The position numbers and the translations under genes were made by a program. A DNA stretch of 64,000 nt, taken from NCBI RefSeq assembly GCF_018977255.1, contig NW_024704742.1, positions 137,270,001 to 137,334,000 of the forward strand, given 5' to 3'. The first letter of the stretch is position 1. Each line of letters starts with the position of its first letter. Positions 1 through 13,705 of this stretch are shown here, one piece after another. This DNA comes from Callorhinchus milii. Lineage: Eukaryota. Under the pieces are notes generated by a model. The model saw only the letters and a list, made by a program, of their open reading frames with translations, was not told where the DNA came from and made no database searches.

Positions 1-2859
1 GGCTGCTGCGTTTCGCCCACAAATGTACAGTCAATTCACTTTACAGTATATTCTGTGAAGCGCTTTGAGACATTGAGAAGATGTGAAAAGCGCTGTATCA
101 AATGCAAGGATTATTATTATTATAAGTTGGTAGCACACTTGCTTTAGAGTCAGAAGGTTATGGGTTCAAGTTCCACTTCTGGACTTTGAACCCGAGTCTA
201 GACTGACACTCTAATACAGTTTGGGGGGAGTGCTGCATTATCAGAGATGCCATCCTTCGGATGAGATGTTTGCCTATTCAGGTGGTCATTCAGGATCCCA
301 TGGTACTATTGGAAAAGAGAAGGGAGTTTCCTGGTGTTCTAACTAAATGGCCAAAAAAGTGGAATTAACTTCATGGTTGTTTGTGGGACATTGCTGTACA
401 CAAATTGACTGCCGTACTCCCCCATAAAATACTATCATTATGATTTACAGTAAACCGTGTGAAGCCCGGAATTTAGAATTGATGTGACTGATGTAATGGA
501 GGCAAATGTGACGGTTACAAAGAAAGGTGATTATCTGCACTCCTTGAGACCGGCCCCACTGAATAAAAATACAGCGTAACTAATTGGACACAACATAAAG
601 TATACAGTGCTAATTTAAACAAAATTGCTCCGTCTGGAATTATACTGTCACTTTAATACCACACCGAGCCCTTTGCAATAATACTTTTTACATCTGACAC
701 ATTATTCATGTCAGGAGGACGTCTCGGTGGTAATTGCTGCGTATTTTGTAAGAGGTGTAAAAATAAAGTACTGTATATAAGTAAACTTGCAGTAGCCAAA
801 AAAATTCAGTTTTTGTCGGGTTTTCCAGTTTTGAAATTAATTCCTATTGTCACAAATTTCCAAAAAGAAATCTTGTGTCTGTGCGGAAAGCTGCGTGCAT
901 GCACGTGAGGACGTTATTCAAACTGCATTGCATCCAGCAACCTCACATGCACATGGAAAAATCGGACTTCCGCACAACATAATTTGTTTTGCAAGCATTG
1001 TAGCGTGTGTTCGATTGATTTCCGAGTTTCGCCCACAAAATAGTCAATTCACATTACAGTATATTCTGCGAAACGCTTTCAGACGTCTTGAGAATGTGAT
1101 AAGGCGCTATATCAAATGTAAGGACGAGTATATATATATAATCTCTAAAAAATATTATGGTGTCAAACAAATGCAAGTTGTGTGAGTAACCAGTATTATA
1201 CTGTAATTTGATTCAAGAATGCCCTACAAACAGCAATGAGGGTGTGGGTTTTGCTGTGCATAAAATGGCTGCTGTTTTCCTATGAAATCCACACTATATG
1301 TGATATTAATTGTTATGACAGGCATTTTACCGTTTAAATCTCAATACGAACTTTGTTCTTCCTTGTCCTGGGTGTGCAGCTCACTGATACGCTTCTGTTT
1401 CTGCATTTTACTTGCAATCTAAGAATTTGTTTGAAAAATAGTGTTTCTGTGAAAATGTAAGAGAATGAGCGTATTGTCCCTAATGATTAAGCTTCAGCCC
1501 TGAAAATGAGTAATTCCAGAGAGGCTCTTATAGAAATGTATAAGATTCTAAATGAGACTGACAAAATAAACACTGATTAATACTTTCAGATACACTAAGG
1601 CAGCAGGACAAGAGGGCGCAGTTTCAGGGCTGCAAAGGGCAAATTCAGCACAAACGCTAGAATGTGTTCTTCACACAGACGAGAGTTAGTTGGTAGCACT
1701 CTTGTCTCTGAGTCAGAGGATAGCGGGTTCAATTGCCACGTCAAGACTTTGAAATCATATGGTATAGGCTATATACTAGCCACTCAATGCAGAGCTGGAG
1801 GAGCACTGCGTTGTTGGACATGTCATCTTTCAGATGAGATGTTAAACCCAGGTCCCATCTGCCTGATCAGGTGGATGTTAAAGCACCCACGGCACTATTT
1901 GAAAAGGGAAGGGAGTTTTTGGTGCTGTAGCAAACAGCCCCCGCAGATACAATTGGTCACTTGCTCTATGGCTGTCTGTGTGATATTGCTCTTTGCAAAT
2001 TGACTGCTGCATAGTCACTACCTTTACAATAAACTACGTGAAGCACTTTGAGATATCCTCACTGCTCCTGGTCAAGTCTTAAAAGAAATAGAGAAATGGT
2101 CATTCATTTCATAGCTATTTGAGATACACTACTTTGCAAAAAATGGCTAATCACCTACAGATACACAACGTAGCAGAAATGCTGTAAGGTGCTTTAACAA
2201 CAGCCAAGATTATATTTGTATAGCTTTTATTTAAAATGCACCTTTGATACCTCCCGGAACTGTCAAATGTATTCCTCTCAGGTATCTTTGCTCACCGAGG
2301 AAATTCCAGTTTCTGTATCCTTACCCGCACCAAACTCTACCCGCTCATTACTCCAGTCCCCGCCGGGCTCCGCTGGCTTCTCTCTCCCAGCAGAGTTCTC
2401 TCTACACCCTACCACTCCCTCTCCTTCTGTCCAATTTCTTCCTGCCTGATCCCACTCCTCTGCTCACACCCTCTGGTCTGGCTAATTCATGCCCTCCACA
2501 CCACTATCAATGGCCAAGCATCTCTGACCACGTGACCTTTGGAACTTCTTCCTTCTACCTGTGCCTTTTCTCTTACAACCTACATCTTCGACCATTTTTA
2601 ATGTCACCTTCCCCTCCCCTCCACACTCCCTTGCTCGATATCCGACTACATTCATTGTGATGTCCTCTGAGATATTATCCTACATAAAGAGTATTATATT
2701 ATATAGTATTATATAATAAGTTGATGCGGATAAGTGTGCGTAAGTGCTCCGAGACATTTCCCCGTGAGAAGGGCCCCACATAAATGCAAGTTGTTGTCTA
2801 GAAAGCACTGAAAGGTGCCGACTGTTCAGATCTGAACTCTCTCTGTGTCTCTCCTCCAG

Positions 2860-3331
2860 AATATGGTTTCGAGTTTTCGGGTCTCGGAACTTCAGGTGCT
2901 GTTGGGATTTGCTGGACGTAACAAGAGCGGGCGCAAACATGAACTCCTGGTGCGAGCTCTGCACTTGCTAAAGAGTGGGTGCAGCCCGGCCGTTCAGATC
3001 AAGATCAAGGAACTGTACAGGCGGCGATTCCCCAGGACTATTGAAAGCCTCGCCGATTTATCGGCCCTCAAGTCTCCAGCCTTCCCCCTGGACACTACCC
3101 CACCAGCAGACTCGGAGTCGGGCTCTGGCACTGCCCTCTCCTCGGCCTCTACCTCGGCCGCCTCCCAGCCCTCCTCGCCCCTGGTCAGCCCCCTCGTGCT
3201 GCACGACACCAAACCCAGTGTGGAAATGCAGGAGGCGTCCACCTCCATACACCCTGTCCATCCGGACGTCCAGTTGAAGAGCATCCCTTTCTATGACGTC
3301 CTGGATGTGCTCATTAAACCTACTAGTCTCG
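2860..3331 (+). CDS. PIAS2: PIAS2 SUMO E3 ligase, exon 2 (SAP domain, start of PINIT); exon 1 lies upstream of the window
   Basis: ctccag acceptor, NMVSSFRVSELQVLLGFAGRNKSGRKHELL...FYDVLDVLIKPTSL, g|gtaagc donor; matches PIAS2 specifically (LKSGCSPAVQIKI, DTKP). Confidence 0.96.
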
Positions 3332-5745
3332 GTAAGCTTTGTTGTTTGGGCAGATTAAAGAATGATGGTACTACAATAGTGATGCTTCCACAATGGTGGT
3401 AATATTAAGGGATGTGGGTAATTCTTAATACGTTTAACATGGTCAAAAAAATCTAGCAGAGATAGCAGAACAGACTGTTCAGATTGAATTATTTCACACA
3501 GAGAGCAGTGTGGCATTGAACGAGGTGGTAACGGCAGCTTGTGCCAGCAAATGCAAGAGGGAGCAGACAGACAGACAGACAGGCAAGTAACCAGTTTAGA
3601 GGATCCGCTTAATATTACAGTGTCCCATTGACCCGCAGCATGCTGGTGGAGCAGTCACTGGGGGCAGGGAATCCTCCCACTCGGCTCCCGTTAACCCTGC
3701 AAACCAAAGCCCTAAAGGATAGGGTGGGCCTAGTTGGACACACAGTGGGAAAGCTTGCCAGGCAGTACTCTCAATGGCAAGCTGTATGGTTTAGCTGGTT
3801 AGACTCCAGCAGTTTCCCCAACGCACACTCTGGGGTCCCCAAGCCTTGGCTCTTGCCAACCTGCACCTAATACTCCGGAATTAGGTAAGCAGGAAGTGTC
3901 CCTCCAGGGAGAGAGTGCGCTGCAGGCATTGAGCGACTTAACAACAACCGCTGAACGTGGTGATAGCAGTTGGCAGCTTCCTGGGATGTGCAAGAAGTGA
4001 CATTCCAATGACCTGGAAGCAGTGATCAGTGGACATTTTATATCGTAACCAGTTCTAAGGTGGGGTTTGAATATATGCACCCAAATCACTGTTATAATGT
4101 GGGCAACCTGTATCACGGTTATAATGGGGGCAAGGAAATCAATAGAGGAAGGGTGCGCGAGTACAACAACAACTAATTGCATTTATACACGTGCCTTTAA
4201 CATCCCAAGCTGGTGGACAATCAAGGGTTTGCCCCCGAGCTGGGGGTTGGAGGCAACAGGGTGGAGTTGGGAGTATAACCGAAGGGAGGAACAAGACTGC
4301 GGAGGGTTTGTGGTGTAGAATCATTAATTTCTGTTACTTTAGATAAGACTTGATGCATTGCAGCAGGAGTCTTTTCGGGGACATTACATTCCTGTGTATT
4401 TGAAAAGTTATGTGCTTTAATCAGTTAGCCATTAAAGTTAACTATGGACACTTTCTGTATAGAAGGAGGCCGTTCAGCTCTTTGGGGCTGTGCCACTTCA
4501 ACCTCTGGGTTATTAAGTCATCCTGGAAGCAGATTTGATTGTAGCTTACAAAAGGGAATTGAATAGGTATTTAAAAAGGAAAAATGTGCGGGGCTATGGG
4601 ATAAGAGTGGGGGAGTGGGGCTAGTTTGTAACTCTATCAAAGAGCCGACACAGGCACGATGGGCCGAATGGCTTCCTTCTGTGCTGTAAGATTCTATGAT
4701 TATTTGATCCTTTTGATACACTCCAGTTCAGAGTGACACACTTTTTCTGACATCTGGAGACCGGCTGAGTAAAATGGTGTTCTGCATATGAGCGGATGCC
4801 TCTTCAGAGAGGCTAGAGATTTCTGAAGATGAATTAATTTTTTGAAAAATAATGAAATGAATCACTGGAGACAGGGAGGCTCTGAGTGACTCCAGTTCAT
4901 TGGTCTGCGAGTAAAATGGTTGTTTTTGTTCACTTGGATGAGAAACAGAACCCCCGGCATTTTAGATGTAAAATAATAATATAATAATAATCCTTGCATT
5001 TAATATAGCGACTTATCGTGTCTTTGAGACATCCCAAAGCGAAACACAGCAGCCAATTGTGCAAAACAGTGTCCCACAAACAGTCGTGGATTGAGTGACC
5101 AAATAATTATTAAAAAAAAACATTTTTTTTTGAAGGGATTATTATTAAATCCTAGTTAGAGCACAGATGCAAGGTTTTCCGCTATATCTAACCATCTAGT
5201 TAAATCCCTCTCTATTACCCCATACGCATTTGATTCCTTTTTATTAACTCTGTCTAATTCCCTTTAAAACAATTTACAAACTCTGTCTCACTTGCAGCTT
5301 GTGGCTGAGAATTCTGATGTCGGCTACCCTCTGTGGGAAGATCACCTCTTTACTGTCCTGTCAAAAGAGTGAGCTCAGGGTTTATTGAAATGATTTAACC
5401 TTTATTTTGCTCTGGCATCTTCCTCTTCCCAAGATGGTGACCAGGCGCTCCAGGACTCTACCCTGTGTGAGGGCGCTATATAAATACAAATTGTTGTTGT
5501 TGACTGGTGTGTTGCGGAGGGGGTTGGAAGTAATTGGTTATCAGACACTGGAGCTCTCTACTCTAATCCTATCCCCTGCTCTCTCTACGTCAAGTCTGTG
5601 CTGGTGCTCTCCTCCAGCCCCTTCGCTAGGAACTATACTCCAATCTCAATTCCCTGCTCTTTTCCCCACAGCCTTTAATATTCTTTTTTCCTCAAGTATT
5701 CATCCAGTTCCCTGTTGACAGATGCTGTGCAATCTTTTTGTTCAG

Positions 5746-5830
5746 TGCCATCAAACATTCAGCGGTTCCAGGAAAAGTATTTCATCTTTGCGTTGACTCC
5801 CCAACAAGTCAAAGCGATCTGCATTTCCAG
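5746..5830 (+). CDS. PIAS2: PIAS2 exon 3
   Basis: ttcag|..PSNIQRFQEKYFIFALTPQQVKAICIS..|gtaaga; phases fit neighbours. Confidence 0.95.
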
Positions 5831-6363
5831 GTAAGAGACTCTCACTATTGGAATGTAAATCGGAGAGAAGGTCTTCTGTCTTTCTCTGGCTTGAGTTCAA
5901 AGCCCCGACGTAGGCCTTGAACCAGGTGCCTTCTGACTCAAAAGGCAAGTAAGATACCAACTGAGCCAGACTAACACAAAGAGAACTGAACAGCTATCTG
6001 GCAAAGAATAGTATGACATAGAGGGAAAGCAGTTATTTTTTCCATCACATGAGGAAGCCCATTACTACGGTATCCAAACCAGAGTTCCTCACACGTTGTG
6101 CAGGTGGGATTGCCAGCTACGGTACTCTCTTCTCTATCTGAAGGTGTCGCAGGAACTTTAACATCCACTGGACCAAAAAACCAAAGCAAGTGCTGCATTG
6201 TTGGAAGTGCTGTCCTTCAGTTGAGATGTTAAACTGAGGTCCAGTTTGCCTGTTCAGGTGGTTTTTAAAGATCCTGTGATACTTTTCAAAAGAGAAGGGA
6301 GTTTAACCTGTTGTCCTGGCTAACAGTCCCCCAAATAAAATTGGTCACTCGTTTCTCCCATCT

Positions 6364-6512
6364 CTGGTGGTGTTGAACGCCTGCAGTTCCCGGTGTGGGT
6401 GTGTGTGTCTCTGTCGTACACTCTGCTGTGGCTGCTGAGAGAGAACGTGCAGCTCATGGGCCCCTGAGCCCTGACTAGTGGGCCTGGGGGATATAAATTG
6501 CTGCAAACAATG
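6364..6512 (+). ncRNA. 5'-truncated third copy of the same snoRNA in PIAS2 intron 3 (possibly a pseudogene)
   Basis: Near-identical to 28793-28941; lacks the 5' strand of the first hairpin base; H box, 3' hairpin and ACA (6507-6509) intact. Confidence 0.6.
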
Positions 6513-7054
6513 CATTGTACCAGTCTGGTCACCCTGCGGGGGGTGGGGGGGAGAAGAGAGATCCTTCAGTAAGCGCAGTGGGACCCTCTTATGTCTGATA
6601 GCTTGAGCCGTGTGTACGTGGATGCACTTGAGAGTCAGCCAGGTTCAGATAGTAGGACTCTCGCCTCTGGTCCAGATGATTGTGGGCTCAATCCTTCCAT
6701 CTTCTCCCACTCCAGAATGATGCTCCATTGTAGTAGTGGGAGGACCACCTCTGCATTACTGGAGGCTCCATCCTTCAGATGACGTGACAACAACAGAAAA
6801 TTGCCTTTCATGTCTGTAGGACAGTCAAGGGTTTGCACCCGATCTGGGAATTGGAGTCAAGACGGGTGGGAGGATGGCCGAAGGTGCGGTCAAAGAGGAA
6901 GGTCTTGTGACAGATCTTGAAGGAGGCAAGGGATTGGCAAGATAGAGGGACTCTGGGATGGAGTTCCAGAAGGTGGGACAGAAAGGCTGACAGCTGTTCA
7001 AGTGATTACTGCCTATGTGGTTTGAGTAATTTGATACACTCCGTTCTTTTCCAG

Positions 7055-7105
7055 GGACTTCCTGCCGGGTGGCAGACGAGACTACATTGTGCAGGTGCAG
7101 CTAAG
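7055..7105 (+). CDS. PIAS2: PIAS2 exon 4
   Basis: ccag|DFLPGGRRDYIVQVQL|gtgagc. Confidence 0.95.
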
Positions 7106-8554
7106 GTGAGCAGAGACCCTTTAGTCTATTCTTGTGCCCACCTGGAGCCCGTTATATAGCACACTTACTGCGGGACTGAGACTCCAGCATAGTGGGGGAG
7201 AGGAGAGCCTGTCCCTGGGATGAGATGGTAAACCTGACTGCCTGTCCTTTAGGTGGACAGTAAAGATCCCACAACACTCACGTTTGGAAGTGAGTTTTGC
7301 TGGGGTGTCCTGGCCAACAATCCTCCAGATAAAATTCATGGGTGTATGTAGGTCTCTGATGGTGCAAATGGCTGTCAAGTTATATAGTCAATTCACTTTA
7401 CAGTATATTTTCTGAAGCGCTTTGAGATGTCCTGAAGACATGATAAGGCACTTGCTACATCAAGTGCAAGTATTATTAAGTTTGGCTGCAATCATAGAAT
7501 TATACAGCACAGAAGGAGGCCATTCAGCCCATTGTGTCTGTGCCGGCTCTTTGAAAAGAGCTTCCAAATCAATCCCACTCCCCCGCTGTCTCCCCATAGC
7601 CCTGCAAGCTTGTCCTCACCAAATAATTATTTACTTCTCTCTTAAAAGTTGTTATCGAATCAGCTTCCACCACCCTTCCAGGCAATGCATTCCAGATCCC
7701 AGCAATGCGCTATAATAATAATGATATTATAACTCGCAATAAGTCACTACATTTGACAATACTTACCTGTGAGGTATTGCAATGTGTTAAGACACAAAAT
7801 AAAGTGTTTCATTACATCCTGAGATGTCTTCATTCCATCCATATTACGTTGTCAGGTGAATCTCATGTTATGAAATGTTTTAATGCTTTGCTTTTATGTG
7901 AAGGGCGCTTGTATGTAAGTTGTTAAACTCTTCGAGATGTTTCCTTAATGTGAAAGCTGCTGTACTGTCTAAACTGAAGTGTTTATGGCTAAATTAGCCT
8001 TTATAATCTCCTACTTACATGTTCCTGCAGAAGTAATTTGTTCAACAACATTACGAACTTACATAGCACCTTTTCCATAGTCTCAAAGTGTTTTACATAG
8101 ACAGAATTCCTGGCTGGGAGAGAGATAAGGCTGTGGGGATAGGGAAGAGGTAGCTGAAAACTCAGTCAAAGGTACTTGGGTAGGGAGCAAAGGGTGTCAG
8201 AAATGAGTTCAGGAGCTGGGTGCAAAGTGGCTGAAAGCTCATTCGCTGATGGTGGGGCAGTAGGGGGTCATGAAGTCAGCCAGTGTGAAGGAGATCACGG
8301 AAGAACTGTAGGTCAAGGCCATGGAGATATTTGAAGAACTTTTATTATTAATAATAATATTCCTTGCATTTGATATAGCGCCTTATCACGTCTTCAAGAC
8401 GTCTCAAAGGGCTTCACATAATATACTGTAAAGTGTGGTGACTATGTTTTGGCAGCCAATTGTGATTTGATTTATTCTTGTTTTTTGTTATTTATTATGT
8501 GATTTGGAGAGGAACGAGACTTTATCTAATGAAGATGGAAACTTTTGGTTTCAG

Positions 8555-8645
8555 GTTCTGTCTGGCGGAGACCAGTTGTCCACAGGAAGATAACTACCCC
8601 AACAACTTGTGTATAAAAGTGAACGGGAAACTTTATCCATTGCCA
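8555..8645 (+). CDS. PIAS2: PIAS2 exon 5
   Basis: tcag|FCLAETSCPQEDNYPNNLCIKVNGKLYPLP|gtaagt. Confidence 0.95.
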
Positions 8646-9460
8646 GTAAGTTACTTGTTCCTATTAAATATGAGGTGGGAGTAAGGGAGGAGATGTGAGG
8701 CCAGTGTGATCGCTGGAGGAATCGATCGTGGAGTGATATTTATCACATTGAATGAGTTGGAGGTAGGCCGAATCACTCTGCTCCTGTTAACGCCTTTCAA
8801 GTTGGGAGGACGTCCTGAGGAGCTGGACAGTCAGGGATTTGGGCCTGAGCTGGGGGTCAGGATTGGAGAGTAGGAGGGTGGCCGATGGCTCAGTTGAAGA
8901 GGAGAGTTTTGAAGGAGGCAAGCGAGGGAGGAGGCGAAGGGAATGCGGGATGAAATTCCATAGGGTGGGGGCAGAAAGACTGAAGGCCCGACCGCCGATG
9001 ATGGGGCGGGCTGGACGGGAGACGTGGAGCAGGCCAGAATCTACTGAGTGAAGGGAGCGGACAGGTTGGTATGCAACAGGCTGTAAACCAAAGCACTACC
9101 GGATAGGGTGGTTCCATCTGGACAAACAGCAGGAAAGCTTGCCAGACAGAGAGATCAATGGCAGGCTGTGTGGTTTTAGCTGGTTAGACCTCAGCAGTTA
9201 ACCCCAACGCACACTCTGGGCTTCCTAAGCCTTGGCTCTTACCAACCTGTGCCTAACATTCTCCGGAATTGTAAACGGGATGGGTCCCTCCAGGGAGAGA
9301 GTGTGCATTCCATTCCAGATACAGGGGAATATCCATGTGTAGTTGGCAGACATATGTGGAACTCTGTTTGGTTTGGATCCTCTTGAGCATGGTGATGGGT
9401 TTCCACGTGTGTCAGGCTCCCGGCTGACCAACGGCTGACTTTGCTGATCTCCTTGTCCAG

Positions 9461-9595
9461 GGCTTCACGCCACCACTTAAGAACGGTGTTGAACAGAAGC
9501 GACCCGGGCGGCCGCTGAACATCACATCTCAGGTCCGTCTTTCCTCAGCTGTCCCCAACCAGATCTCTGTGTCCTGGGCCCCGGAAATGGGCAGA
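9461..9595 (+). CDS. PIAS2: PIAS2 exon 6 (PINIT-motif region, PLNIT)
   Basis: ccag|GFTPPLKNGVEQKRPGRPLNITSQVRLSSAVPNQISVSWAPEMGR|gtaagt. Confidence 0.95.
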
Positions 9596-10246
9596 GTAAG
9601 TGCTACAACCTCATTCTTCTTCCCCTCTGGGAAAGACTGTAGCCCCCTGGGGCTGGCTCCTCTTACTGTGTGAAGAAACATTTACAAATGATGCAGAATT
9701 AGTATTTAAAAGCTTATTTTTGGCACTAGGCAGATGTCACCTTGTGGTCGTTGTGTGAAATGTCAGCATTTAATGTTATCAAATTGTTCTTCCTCTTTGT
9801 AATTCTCCTTCACTCTCCTACATCTGACTTTTTCTTTAGCTGTCTCTCTGACTCTCTCTCTCTCTCTTAACAATTTCTTTCTCTTTCAGTCCTCTCTCAG
9901 TCCCTAATTGTATGTCTTTCTATGACTTTTTCTGCCCATCTCTATGCCATAAAGTATACATAGCACTTACCTTTGTGCTCCCAATAGAACCATAACTGAT
10001 AAGCTTAGCACACGAACACAACAAGGTTCACAATGCGTGGTACAGGCAGTCTCAAATAAACGATGAACAACACCTGATCTGCTAACAAACAGTTAATTCA
10101 GCTTTTTAATTTCAAATTCAGAGTAAAATCATTTTTCGATCCATTGACATAGATTTTCCTCAGGAAAGGGGGGAATTGTCGGTGACTTTTTCTTAAAAAA
10201 GAAGCCGATTTTAAGGTCCTTGTTTGTGGTCTCTCCCCTCCCTTAG

Positions 10247-10352
10247 AATTACTCGGTCTCCGTGTACCTGGTGAAGCAGCTGACGTCGGCCGTGCTACTC
10301 CAGAGGCTGCGGAACAAGGGGATCAGGAACCCCGACCACTCCAGAGCCCTGA
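10247..10352 (+). CDS. PIAS2: PIAS2 exon 7
   Basis: ttag|NYSVSVYLVKQLTSAVLLQRLRNKGIRNPDHSRAL|gtgagt. Confidence 0.95.
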
Positions 10353-10875
10353 GTGAGTGTGGCCCTGAGAGAGAGAGAGAGAGAGAGAGAGAAGCCAGCG
10401 CTTAATACCACCGGAACTTGGGGCCCCCCTTCCCACCGGCACTTGGCCATTGTGTCAGCCAAAGATAGTGGGCAAAGATATTCCTGCACTTTCTAATGGG
10501 TTTGAGCGCTGCGCTAGGGTGTGTAGTGCAGGCAATATTGGGGAGCACTGTATTGTCTTTCACATGACATTAAACTGGGGGTTAAAGATTCCATGATACT
10601 GTTGGAAAAGGGAAAGGAGTTTCTCCAGGTGCCCTGGGAAACAGTCTGGGATTAATAGGTCATTCACCTTTGAGACGTGATAAGGCACTATATCACATGC
10701 AAAGCTTATTACCTCATAGCTATTTTTGTTTAAAAAAAAGACTGAGTTTTCTTGTGAAGCGCTTTGACACACATCGATGTGCTTAAAAAGGAAGGATTCC
10801 GGTTGTAAAAGTACTATATATAAATGTAATTTATTTCTGTGCTCACGGTCCTCCGTTTGCGTTCTGTTCTTTCAG

Positions 10876-10949
10876 TTAAAGAGAAGCTGACGGCTGATCC
10901 CGACAGTGAGATTGCTACCACCAGCCTGCGGGTGTCCCTCATGTGCCCT
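10876..10949 (+). CDS. PIAS2: PIAS2 exon 8
   Basis: tcag|KEKLTADPDSEIATTSLRVSLMCP|gtaagt. Confidence 0.95.
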
Positions 10950-11099
10950 GTAAGTTTCAGTGTCCATTCCTCACTGGTCGCTCACTGAGTCCTGGCAACA
11001 AGCTGCTAGTCTCGGAGCTTCTGATGCCCTAACATGAACCATTAAAAATATATCTCGCAGCCAGTGGGGCTGAGCCTAGGCGGCAGGGTGGGGTTTTTT

Positions 11100-11825
11100 C
11101 CTTGTCTATATGCTCCCTCTGGACAATGTCATCCGCAGACACGGGGTAAATTTTCACATGTTTGCCGATGATACACAAATCGACTTTGCCTCCTCCAGTA
11201 CCAACTCCAGGTCCCCGATTTTCTGTCGGCTTGTCTGGCAGACATCAAGGCCTGGATGGTGCAAACTTCCTGCAGCTGAATGTGGACAAGACAGAAGCCA
11301 TACTCCTTGGCTCCTGTCAATGTCTTCACTCCTGCGGATCTCAGACTCACCAAACCAGTGCGCAACCTAGGCATCCGGTTTGACCCCCAGCTGTTCTTTC
11401 TCCCCCACATCCGGTTCCTGACCAGGACCGCCTTCTTCCACCTCCGCCACATTGCCCATCTCCAACTGTATCTTACCCCAAATACAGCCAAAACCCTTGT
11501 GCATGCGTTTGTCACCTTCCACTTGGATTACTCCAACGCACTCCTCGCCTGTCTCCCAGCTCCATCATTCACAAGATCCAGCTCATTCTGCCGCCCGCAC
11601 ACTGACCCGGACCAGACTCCGGATCATTGCAAGTTTTTTTTTGCCTCCTTCATGGCACATTCTAAGACTCTCCCCTTTAACCACGCCTTCAGTCAACCTC
11701 CTACCCCACCTTTCATGCTCTCCACCCCTCATGATCCCAACCTCTGGATCCCAAATCCTGACTGTCCAACGCCTTGGGAAATCCTTCTGACATGAAAGGC
11801 ACTGTGTAAATATCATTTGTTGTTG
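11100..11825 (+). mobile_element. Decayed L2-type LINE 3' fragment
   Basis: FHMFADDTQ, FLQLNVDKTE, LVHAFVTFHLDYSNALL; (TTG)n tail. Similar fragments at ~17640-19135, 27815-28318, 42560-43310, 59260-60115. Confidence 0.85.
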
Positions 11826-11969
11826 ATGAGCCAGACATGTTGAAAGAATCCTGTGGGAAGTTGCGAGATGGATTAAGGGTCAGGTCCTGCCTGAAACCTT
11901 TGCTACGTTACTGTAAAAAGATGTTGGAAAGTTTTGTTCTGTTGACTATCTCCTCTATCCCTGGTGAAG

Positions 11970-12130
11970 CTGGGGAAGATGCGGCTGACAGTGCCGTGTC
12001 GAGCTGTGACCTGCACGCACCTGCAGTGCTTCGATGCCGCTCTCTACCTGCAGATGAATGAAAAGAAGCCCACGTGGATCTGCCCGGTGTGTGACAAGAA
12101 GGCCACGTACGAAAGTTTAATAATAGACGG
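11970..12130 (+). CDS. PIAS2: PIAS2 exon 9 (SP-RING/zf-MIZ)
   Basis: gaag|[53 protein letters not shown]|gtgagt. Confidence 0.96.
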
Positions 12131-13568
12131 GTGAGTCGGCGCAACAGTGAAACCTTTGTAGGGAGTCCTGTAACTCAGTGATTCGAGCACTCGCCCCGCA
12201 AGCCAGAGGACCCAGGTTTGATTCCTGGGCAGGGCAAAACCATAGGCAAGTTTCCTTACACCACACACCCCTGTTTACCGGCAGTAAGTCGGAACCCGCT
12301 TGTTAGTACGTTGGCGGATCACTTTCCCCCCAAAATTAAATAAATACGTTTTGGTCACTCAATCCACGACTGTTTGTCGGGCACTGCTGTGTGCAATTGG
12401 CTGCTGAGTTTCGCCCACAAAATATACAGTCAATTCACTTTACAATACATCCCGTGAAGGGCTTTGAGACATCTCTCCGACATGATAAGGCGCTAGCTAT
12501 ATCAAATGCAAGGATTATTGTGAGCACATTATGTGAGCATTAGTATGAGAGGTTTGGGTGTGGAAGCCCTTTTGGCCTGTGTGATTTCATCCTTCCAGAA
12601 AACACCGGTCAATACAGCATTGAGCTGTTCATTTAAAAAGGTCCCTCTCTCAACCATCCTCTTCCACATCTTATCACCCTCATTGCCAAGACCCTGTAAA
12701 ATAGTGGTTAGCATACTCGCCTCGTGAGCGAGAGGACCTGAGTTCAATTCCCGGGCGGTCGAACCCTTAGGCAAGTTTCCTTACTCCACGTGCTTCTGTT
12801 TAACCAAGCAGTAAGTAAGGACCCGGTTGTTAGTCGATTGGTAGATCTCTTTTCGGGGGGTCTAAATCCCTTATTTAAAAAAAACTTTGTCGGACACTGC
12901 TGTGTGCAATTGGCTGCCGCATTTCCTTTGTTTGTCTGTGCACATTAAAGTTCATGAGAGATTCCCCCGTGTGTTTATTTTTCTCCCTCTGAATTCTGAT
13001 TGGCAGCTCGCCCTATAAACATAATAATTCCTGTGTTTGATAGCTGTAATGTCGAGGTCTCAAAGTGCTTCACAACAATTACTGTGTTGTGTTGTGGAAG
13101 TTGAAGCAGCAGCCAATTTGTGCACAGCAAAGTCCCACAAACAGGAGATGAATGAGCAATATTATCTAGGGGATTGTAGTCCAGGGCATTGCACTCACCC
13201 TGGAGGGACATATCCTGCTTACCTAATTCGAGAAAGTATGAGGTGTAGTCAAATCACTTTACAGTATATTTTGTGAAGCGCTTTGAGACGTCTATAAGAC
13301 ATGCTAAGGAGCTATATATCAAATGCAAGGATTATTATTAAGGCCTGGGGACCCCAGAGTGTGCATTAAAACTGTATAGCTTGCCATTGATCTCATGGGC
13401 TGGCAAACACGATGCTGTAATGGAAAGACAATAAAGTGCGGATCCTGCATGGGTAAGATCAAACAAGCCTCTTCTGATCTTGTTTGAACAAGATAAGTTC
13501 TAAACAAATGTAAATTTGTTCTTGCTTTGGAGTAGCAAGTGGTTTTTGTCTGTGTTTTCCTCTCCCAG

Positions 13569-13705
13569 TCTATTCATGGAGATCCTGAATTCCTGCACGG
13601 ACGTGGATGAGATCAAATTCCTGGAGAATGGAGCCTGGTGTCCGATGAGACCCAAGAAGGAGTCGCTGAAACTATCCTCTCAGTGTCCCAAGGTGGAAAG
13701 CACAA
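13569..13705 (+). CDS. PIAS2: PIAS2 exon 10
   Basis: ccag|LFMEILNSCTDVDEIKFLENGAWCPMRPKKESLKLSSQCPKVEST|gtacgt. Confidence 0.92.
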
